NCBI GenBank assembly: GCA_041601615.1
Contig: JBFIHX010000003.1
Location: 1 to 64,000 of the forward strand
Source: Thermoplasmatota archaeon
Lineage (GTDB): Archaea; Thermoplasmatota; E2; JACPAO01; JAHFTW01
Reading direction: 5' to 3'
DNA length: 64,000 bases
Shown: in pieces, positions 57,152 through 64,000 of the stretch
Layout of the letters: the number at the start of each line of letters is the position of its first letter
Numbering within the stretch: position 1 is the first letter of the stretch
Program-made: the position numbers and the translations under genes
Notes under the pieces: generated by a model
Seen by the model: only the letters and a program-made list of their open reading frames with translations
Databases searched by the model: none
What the model was told of the DNA's origin: nothing

Positions 57152-59235
57152 CCTTTCATCTTCTTGGGCGGGTTGGCATTGAACGGCCATTTCGGAACAG
57201 GCACGCTGGCATCGCCTGCGCGGCTGAGTTTGCTCTGGACCTCCAGGTACAACTTGGGCGAAAACGGCCCCTCACAGCAATCCACATTGGTTCCTTGCAC
57301 AATGATGCCGATCTTCTCCCAATCCGTCACCGACTGCAACGGGTCCTGGAACGTGGCTGCCGTGGCGGGATTGACAGCGTAGGTGCCGGGGCCCCGAATG
57401 GACCACTTCTGGGCCGGCAGCACATTCTTGACAACCTCCTCGGCAACATACACAGCGTCAGGACGCTGGGATGGCCACGACCAGTATAGGGTGGTGTCGG
57501 CGCCGTTGCTCCTGTTGACCCCGTCCGTGTTGATGGCGGTAGCGTGGATGGAGCAAGAGTTGTAATCCGTCTGCCACGGGATGGCCATGAATTTGGAGAT
57601 GTCCCCCGGTTCCAATCCGTCTGTCATGCCATGCAAGGGAATCCAGCCGATCCGGAGGAACGGTTTGCCCTTCTGCAATTTCTCGTAGTCCAACGGAGTC
57701 TGCTTGATGCGGAACGGACCGGCGCCCGTCGTCTTCCAGTCTTGCTGGTAAAGCTCCGGGTCCATGATGGTGTAGCTGACCTCGATGCCAGGCACATAAC
57801 GGCCGCCGAGGCAATTGGAGAGCGAGGCCATATCAAGGAATTCTCCGGGGCCAAGCCCTCGTGGCGCCCCCTTCTCAAACCGCTTCCGACTCCATTGCTC
57901 TAGGAAGAAATACTGCGTCTTGGTGACGGTCATGAAAGACGTGCCCGCCGCACCCAGGGACATGGGCATGAGCGGCAGACCGATGTTGGTCTCGTCCCTT
58001 CCCTCGAGCCACTCAGCCGGTTGTCGAATGAACGTGAGCGCCGCCATGACCGTCCGGTCGGGGTCGTCGTCTGCGGTGATTGCCTCCACGGCATCGTGGG
58101 CGCGTAAAGCCATCTCGGGGAGGTTGGCGGTCCAGCGTTGCAAGTTGGAGGCGATGAACAACGGCTTGATGTGCCGTTCAAAATTGGGCAGATACTCAGG
58201 ATTGTATTTTTTACGATCATCCGTTGGCCGAGTGGACGGTCCGAGAAAGAGGTCGGGCTGCAATTCCAACTGGCGCACGAACATGTCGTACACGTCGTCC
58301 CAAACAGACACCACGTTGCGGATCTGGGGGGCATAGGAAGGATCACCACACACCACCCATGCGCCGAATGCCTCCTCTGCGCTGCCGTCGTCGAAAACCA
58401 ACGTTACGTTCACGGGGCCATCAGAGGCCGAGTCGTACCAGCCAACATTGTTGAGGTCTCCCGTCATTTGAATCGGCACGCCGTATTCGTCGTACTGCCC
58501 AACGGCGTTGCCGGAGCTTGGCAGAACAAGCAATCGGCCTTGCTCGTCCGTGCGCAGTCCCCCAAGAGTGTCCAGCGGACCGCTGGGTTCGAACAGTTCG
58601 TCATTCATGTCTGCCGGGAAGCGGATGGGGTAGTCGGGAAGCTGCTTGATGGCGCCGGGCGATTGGACATAGGATGCTCCGGAGCATCGATCGAACTCGG
58701 CCGTTTGCTTCTCCTGCGCGCTGATGGCTCTGGGGCCGGCGTCGATCATTAAGTGCATCAATCGGTTCTCCGAGTTGATGTCCCCATGCACCTCTGGGTT
58801 TCGAACTTGAGGCACGTTGCCGTCCGCATAGGCCAAAATGCCCTTGTTGTTGACTACGTTGTATGCGGCGGCCTTCTTATTGGCCAAATGGCCCGACCAA
58901 AGCAGGTCCACCACCTCGCGTCCGTCAGGCAGCTTCGTTCCGAGGGTGACCTCCATGCCATCGCCGCTAGGGTACGCGCCGGCTCCTTCCGCGTCGTAGG
59001 CGTAGATGCGGAAGCGGGCTGCCTGCTTCTTGAGGTTCCCGTCATCGTCACGCAGTTCGGAGCTTCGAACCGGCTCATTCTCCGTTCCCGGCCGAATGGG
59101 AAGTCCGCCTGTGACATCGGTGCCCTCTTGCGGCAAACCTGCACTGGTTTCTGGCGAAAGGACAAATTCCTCGCTTGTACCAAAGCGCGCAAAATTGATG
59201 GTCGGGTGGACTCGGAAGACTGGCTTCCTGTTCAC
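57130..59235 (-). CDS. lodA: LodA/GoxA family CTQ-dependent amino-acid oxidase
   Basis: FRVHPTINFARFG, LKKQAARFRIY, HLANKKAA, GRLLVL, PGIE, MAIPWQTDYNSC (Asp/Cys), WSWPSQRP (Trp). Confidence 0.88.
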   Translation of the reverse strand: MNRKPVFRVHPTINFARFGTSEEFVLSPETSAGLPQEGTDVTGGLPIRPGTENEPVRSSELRDDDGNLKKQAARFRIYAYDAEGAGAYPSGDGMEVTLGTKLPDGREVVDLLWSGHLANKKAAAYNVVNNKGILAYADGNVPQVRNPEVHGDINSENRLMHLMIDAGPRAISAQEKQTAEFDRCSGASYVQSPGAIKQLPDYPIRFPADMNDELFEPSGPLDTLGGLRTDEQGRLLVLPSSGNAVGQYDEYGVPIQMTGDLNNVGWYDSASDGPVNVTLVFDDGSAEEAFGAWVVCGDPSYAPQIRNVVSVWDDVYDMFVRQLELQPDLFLGPSTRPTDDRKKYNPEYLPNFERHIKPLFIASNLQRWTANLPEMALRAHDAVEAITADDDPDRTVMAALTFIRQPAEWLEGRDETNIGLPLMPMSLGAAGTSFMTVTKTQYFFLEQWSRKRFEKGAPRGLGPGEFLDMASLSNCLGGRYVPGIEVSYTIMDPELYQQDWKTTGAGPFRIKQTPLDYEKLQKGKPFLRIGWIPLHGMTDGLEPGDISKFMAIPWQTDYNSCSIHATAINTDGVNRSNGADTTLYWSWPSQRPDAVYVAEEVVKNVLPAQKWSIRGPGTYAVNPATAATFQDPLQSVTDWEKIGIIVQGTNVDCCEGPFSPKLYLEVQSKLSRAGDASVPVPKWPFNANPPKKMKGCPVHRA

Positions 59236-60290
59236 GCCTCCACCTCCTGCTCCTTCACTGCGACCTGCCTAGCATCGCTGAATTTGGGTGTCACGCCGTT
59301 GATCCAGCAATTGTTGATGGCTGCTCCGACCCCTGCCATTGTTGGGAAAAAATCACCAGGATTCTCTCCACCAAACAGAGATTCAAGCAGCATGGTAAGC
59401 TCCGAAAATTGCGCAACGAGGATGTTCTGCAACCGCTGCCCATTCTCAGACTGTTCGGCCGCCGGGTCTGCCATGTGGATGTCCACGGGCTGCTTTGTTG
59501 GATCGACCAAGAAAGCCCGTCGAAGACCTCGGAACTTTTCAAAGTGGTCCTCATGAGGCTCTTTGTCGTCCGCCGTGTTCTGGAAGGCCTTGGGAACCGT
59601 CGGGTCGGATTTGGATTGCCCTTCGCCCTGGTCCATGATGAGTTGGATGAGCAACGCGACTTGGTGGAATCCAGCCGCGCCGGACTCCGTAATGGTCAGG
59701 CTTGGGGCGTTTCGGTAGAACGCAGAAAAATAGTCAATTTGGCGAACACCTCCACGGATTTGATTCTGCAACAGTTCAGCACCGTGGTAGATGGCCGTGT
59801 ACAGGGCTCCAATGGTTGGATAGTCTGCCACGTTGCTGTGAAGCAGCACACGCCGTTTGGAGACATGCTGGAGTAGGACATCCCCCACGCCGTCGGCGTC
59901 GTCTATGAATTCAGGCAACTCCACGAGGCACATGGCGTTGATGTGCTCCAAGTCAAGCGGGCCGATTTGCGCCACGTATGGTGTGAATTTCGCAGTCACT
60001 GCCGGGTTATCCTTGCCAAAATCCAAGTGTGGGACCTTCTTTCCTTCGTAGGTCGGTGGCGACACCGTGGGGGAAAATCCGTATGCGTTGGCGAGGTTTG
60101 CTGCACACTGTAGATGCAGCATCTCTTGGTTGACTACCGTGCGGATCATTTGGTACGCCGGGGTGGAACGATCTTTGACGGAATACATCGCGGACATGTA
60201 GAATGGGATCGTCCAAAGCTCGAGGTCGAATGCCGCTTGGATGTGTTCACGGAGATTCTGGATTGTCCAGTTTTCATTGTGCAGTTGCAT
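59232..60290 (-). CDS. ferritin-like (VioB/RebD-type) di-iron domain protein
   Basis: LELWTIPFYMSAMYS, QEMLHL, TIGALY, IMDQGEG, HFEKF; GTGA overlap with lodA. Confidence 0.8.
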   Translation of the reverse strand: MQLHNENWTIQNLREHIQAAFDLELWTIPFYMSAMYSVKDRSTPAYQMIRTVVNQEMLHLQCAANLANAYGFSPTVSPPTYEGKKVPHLDFGKDNPAVTAKFTPYVAQIGPLDLEHINAMCLVELPEFIDDADGVGDVLLQHVSKRRVLLHSNVADYPTIGALYTAIYHGAELLQNQIRGGVRQIDYFSAFYRNAPSLTITESGAAGFHQVALLIQLIMDQGEGQSKSDPTVPKAFQNTADDKEPHEDHFEKFRGLRRAFLVDPTKQPVDIHMADPAAEQSENGQRLQNILVAQFSELTMLLESLFGGENPGDFFPTMAGVGAAINNCWINGVTPKFSDARQVAVKEQEVEA

Positions 60291-60713
60291 GGATTGATTC
60301 CCCTACCGCCGCCAACAATGACCGATTCGAACCAAGCGAATACGAAACTAGAAGGTTGAAAAGCGGATTCATCAAGACGCAGCCTGTAGGTTTATTTGAA
60401 TCTAATCGCATGTATGCAAAGGGCCGATGGTTTCAGATTTCTAAACACGAAGATGCGGACATGCTCTCCAGCCCATCCTGAAATTCCCGGGCAAAATTCG
60501 ATGAAGGGACTTGTTGGAAATGGTTGGGGCTCCGCGACAAAAAAGGGGGTCTGCCTTTCCATCGCGCAGAGGTGCCCAGTTCCCATAGCCCAATGTGTCC
60601 AGGCTCCTCAGGCAACTTGGCTTCCAGAGCTTCTTTGCCACCTGCCCTCGTTTTGACTTCCCATCAATGGCTTCACCAGAACGCATAAGCACTCACCCAC
60701 CGCCCCGCGTCCG

Positions 60714-61754
60714 ATGCGTTTCGTGGCCTCCGCCCTTCTGCTTCTTACTCTGACCTTCTCCGGTTGCCTCCAAGCAGGGAACGGCAACGGCTCGGACGCC
60801 CTAGACCGTCCCGGTGGATTGCCCCGGGACGGATGGACCGATTCCCAATTCGATTGGACCGGCCTCAATACCACCTACCCCTATGATGCACTGGTGCAAT
60901 ACTGCGTGGACGCCGGCAACTGCACCTACTGGGACGGCCAATTCCACGAAGGCGTCGTCTACGAACTTGACACCCTCATCATGGACGCCGTCGTCCTGCC
61001 TGTACCTGGTGTAGACACCATGGCGGCTACCCGCGCCGCCGGACAAGCGACCGCCGCCTGGGCCGACGTCAATCAGTTTGCCGCCCCCTGGTTCGTGGAC
61101 GCCTGGCACCTCAATACCTACGTTGTGGGCGACGGCATTCCCAGCGCCGATTTTGTCACGGACCCCGAGATCATCGTGGTCAGCGAATCCGGCCAACGCA
61201 GCACCAGTATCGGACTCAACCCCGAACAAGTCGCATGCACCGTGCTCAACGATTTCCCACTCCCACCCGTTTCACCGCCCCTTGAACCCGGCACCCTCGC
61301 CACCAAAGTTTACCCCGTCCACGAACACGACGGCATGGCAATCTTTGCCGCCGAATGCATCACAGGTGGTTTCCGCTGCGCCGCGCTGAACTTTGCTAGT
61401 GCACTTGGAGGCACCAACGGCCTATACGGCCTCGTGGCGCACGAAGTCGGCCACTGTCTGGGCCTCAGCCACGTTGGCGACGCTCTGGACTTCAACAGCC
61501 GCTTCGTTCCCACTACGGACATCATGAGCTACGCAAACAACCCAAGCAAAGTGCCCTGTGTTAGCACCCTCAATGCCCGCGTCATGGAAGGAATCTACGC
61601 CGAACTTGCCGGACAAGAAGCGCCGGAATGGATCCAGAACGGAACGCGCTTTGCCATGGGCCCGTGGGACTTCAAGACCGTGGATTGCAAGAACCCCGAA
61701 CCGGCCATCATTTGCTGCAACGATGAGCCCCGCCCCGAGCGCGGCCACGCCTGA
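60714..61754 (+). CDS. metzincin zinc metalloprotease lipoprotein, paralog 4
   Basis: Lipobox FSGC; HEVGHCLGLSH, DIMSY. Confidence 0.8.
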   Translation: MRFVASALLLLTLTFSGCLQAGNGNGSDALDRPGGLPRDGWTDSQFDWTGLNTTYPYDALVQYCVDAGNCTYWDGQFHEGVVYELDTLIMDAVVLPVPGVDTMAATRAAGQATAAWADVNQFAAPWFVDAWHLNTYVVGDGIPSADFVTDPEIIVVSESGQRSTSIGLNPEQVACTVLNDFPLPPVSPPLEPGTLATKVYPVHEHDGMAIFAAECITGGFRCAALNFASALGGTNGLYGLVAHEVGHCLGLSHVGDALDFNSRFVPTTDIMSYANNPSKVPCVSTLNARVMEGIYAELAGQEAPEWIQNGTRFAMGPWDFKTVDCKNPEPAIICCNDEPRPERGHA

Positions 61755-62016
61755 AGCGCTCCGCAGAGCCTCCTCTTTCGCCTCCTAGCTCCTTGGCCCA
61801 CGCCCCACAACGGCCCCGCCTAGCGAGAGCTGCATCAAGCACTCCGCGACCCCGAGTCCCCGATCCAATCCCGCCCTTGTTCGCGTAATGGACACCTTGA
61901 TTGCAACCCTGCACCAATTCAAATCCATCTGGTTCAGTAAATAATTGATTGGCCCAATACACATTATCGTTCATCCCGAGATTTGTGTTAAATGCTATAG
62001 GCCAATCATCCTGGGC

Positions 62017-62919
62017 ATGTATACACGTACATCCATCGCCGCAGCGTGCCTGCTGACCGTGGCCTTTGCCGCCCCCGTCCTCGCAGCCACCTTCAACGAC
62101 AACAACTACCACGAATACATCCTGTACAACGTGGACACGCCCGAAATCGATGTCCTCATCGTCCCGCCCGCCTCCCCCTACTACGCCCGCGACATCCACA
62201 ACATCGAGCAATCGGTGCAAGCCTGGGAAGACGGCATCAACGAATTGGCCCCCGCATGGCTCGCCGACGGCCTCAACATCCACTACTACACCCTCGGATA
62301 CGACGACGTGCCCGAAGCCGCCCTCGCCGACCCCGAGATCGTCATCTTCAGCGCCGAATACAACCCCGTCCTGCTGTTGGGCATCGGCCTCGCCGCCCCC
62401 GTAAACCTGTGCCACGGCCTCGATCTCTTCGAATCCGCAGCACTGCACCAACACGAAGGCAGCCCCTGGGGCGTATTCCACAGCGAATGCCGCGCAGGAG
62501 GCTACCAATGCACCGTCGTCAACACCAACTTCCTCTGGCTCCCAAACGCCGGCAACGAACGCGAGATGTACGACCTCAATAGCCACGAATTCGGCCACTG
62601 CCTCGGCATCGGACACGTCGGCGACGCACTCGACTTCTCAGCCCAAAACTACCCCTCGTCGGACATCATGAGCTACCAACAAAACCCCAACCAAGTACAC
62701 TGCGTCAGCTCCCTCAACATCCTCGCACTCGAAGCCGTCTACGGCGCCTTGCTTGGACACTCCAGCCTGCACAAGCACTCCGGGAGCTACGTCCACATGA
62801 GTCCAGGTGGCTACGAGCAAGTAGACTGCAAGAACCCCACAAATCCAGCACTCACCAACATCGCCGCAGCCACACCGCTAGGCCACTCGCACCCGACGCC
62901 CGGAAGCACCATCTGGTAA
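62017..62919 (+). CDS. secreted metzincin zinc metalloprotease, paralog 5 (Sec/SPI subtype)
   Basis: HEFGHCLGIGH, DIMSY; YHEYIL and ERxMYDL shared with paralog 1. Confidence 0.8.
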   Translation: MYTRTSIAAACLLTVAFAAPVLAATFNDNNYHEYILYNVDTPEIDVLIVPPASPYYARDIHNIEQSVQAWEDGINELAPAWLADGLNIHYYTLGYDDVPEAALADPEIVIFSAEYNPVLLLGIGLAAPVNLCHGLDLFESAALHQHEGSPWGVFHSECRAGGYQCTVVNTNFLWLPNAGNEREMYDLNSHEFGHCLGIGHVGDALDFSAQNYPSSDIMSYQQNPNQVHCVSSLNILALEAVYGALLGHSSLHKHSGSYVHMSPGGYEQVDCKNPTNPALTNIAAATPLGHSHPTPGSTIW

Positions 62920-63133
62920 CCAATCAAGGCCGCACGAAAACCAAAACACTCCACCTCCTTTCTCCCTCTTTGCAACGCGCCGCATGTGGCACCGTGACGG
63001 GCCCGCCCCGGCTGGCGCACAAAATGGGCTACAAAGCTCCTCAAAAATAGCCAAGCATCAAAGCCGATACAGCGCAAAATCAGCGCCGAAGCAAGCCACA
63101 ACGAAGCCGACCCTTAGGCCGGCACGCGTACGT

Positions 63134-63523
63134 TCAGCGCATGTGCGCGCCCAGCATCGACTCCAGCGAGCCGCGCGCTTCGGGCTCCCGGCGCTCCTCC
63201 CGGCCGCTCCAAAATTCCTGGTAGTCGCCAAGATACTTGGCCACCGTCTCCATCGGGTTGGCCTGCAAATGGCAGTGGCGCGTACGGCCCCGCTTCTCCG
63301 TCACCACAAGCCCCGCATCCTCCAGCACACGCAGGTGCTTTTGGACCGCAGGCAAGCTCATCGGCAATGGATCAGCCAACTCGCTCACGGTGTGGTCGCC
63401 GTCTTTGAGAGTCTCCAAGAGACGGCGGCGGGTTGGATCCGAGAGTGCAGAGAAGCACTGGTCGAGGCTTGGTAGGCCATTGGCTTGAAGCGCATCAGGG
63501 GATTGTGGGAAGTCGGGCAGCAT
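63134..63523 (-). CDS. ArsR/SmtB family transcriptional regulator
   Basis: FSALSDPTRRRLL, VSELA...SLPAVQKHLRVLEDAGLV...KRGR. Confidence 0.88.
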   Translation of the reverse strand: MLPDFPQSPDALQANGLPSLDQCFSALSDPTRRRLLETLKDGDHTVSELADPLPMSLPAVQKHLRVLEDAGLVVTEKRGRTRHCHLQANPMETVAKYLGDYQEFWSGREERREPEARGSLESMLGAHMR

Positions 63524-64000
63524 GGGGCATCAACAGAATTGTCCGTCCTGGAACCGGTAGGCCTGGTCACTCCAGGTACCCAAAGGCGTCGAACTTCCGA
63601 ACCTCACGGGGAGGGCCGTGGGCGCAACGTGAAGGGGCGATGACACAGACACGAAACATGCAAGACCCGGACCTAGGATGGAGGTTGCGCGAGGGTTCTC
63701 TTTTATCTAGACACTTCAGATAAGATTCATTCTTGTAGTTCAACCGCCCAATCTGGCCTTATTTGAACATTGCTAGGGTGTGGCGGGCTTGCTCGGTCAT
63801 GATTTACACGCTCCATTGCAAAAAGCCCAATGGGCCCAATTGCAAACCAAATGTGCACAGAGCCAAAATCGAGCCAGATTGGTGTTTGCAGCGGCTCGAA
63901 AGGCCCCGTCTGCATGCGCCCGCTCCGCTCCGGCCAAGTAGGCCATGCACCTCGCACAGCTCATGCCCCGAGACCTTGAACCCGTCCCCATGAGCCAGTC

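Noticed and set aside
63727-64000. Possible 3-prime end of a minus-strand gene at the window edge
   Set aside because: No frame gives a recognisable product, so it cannot be supported

Overview
64 kb of a GC-rich archaeal chromosome. The rnp4-yhbY-rps19e-PDCD5-rpl39e-rpl31e-eIF6-rpl18a-pfdA block, DUF531, TATA-like promoters and PGF-CTERM-like tails establish an archaeon; Thermoplasmatota-like is an inference. Aerobic-heterotroph housekeeping genes include sdhCDAB, heme O/heme A synthases, 2-oxoacid dehydrogenase E1 alpha/beta, AlaX, a DEAD-box helicase and tRNA-Gly(CCC). These are interleaved with many secreted or lipoprotein genes and three local paralog expansions: (i) three small Cys-containing secreted proteins inserted into the ribosomal superoperon, each behind the same 12-bp upstream motif; (ii) three ~450-aa cell-surface proteins; (iii) five metzincin zinc proteases in two subtypes. 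The most notable signals are a ferritin-like/LodA/LodB (CTQ quinoprotein oxidase) cassette nested in the protease array, a translationally coupled AsnB-like amidotransferase plus divergent GshA-type ligase (possible amidated thiol or peptide pathway), a membrane-anchored multi-wHTH regulator locus facing a secreted serine protease, an unannotated 39-aa secreted two-Cys peptide, and strand-composition domains that flip every 5-20 kb independently of gene orientation. No CRISPR array, rRNA, integrase or transposase was seen. All calls are by motif recognition; no database searches were run.
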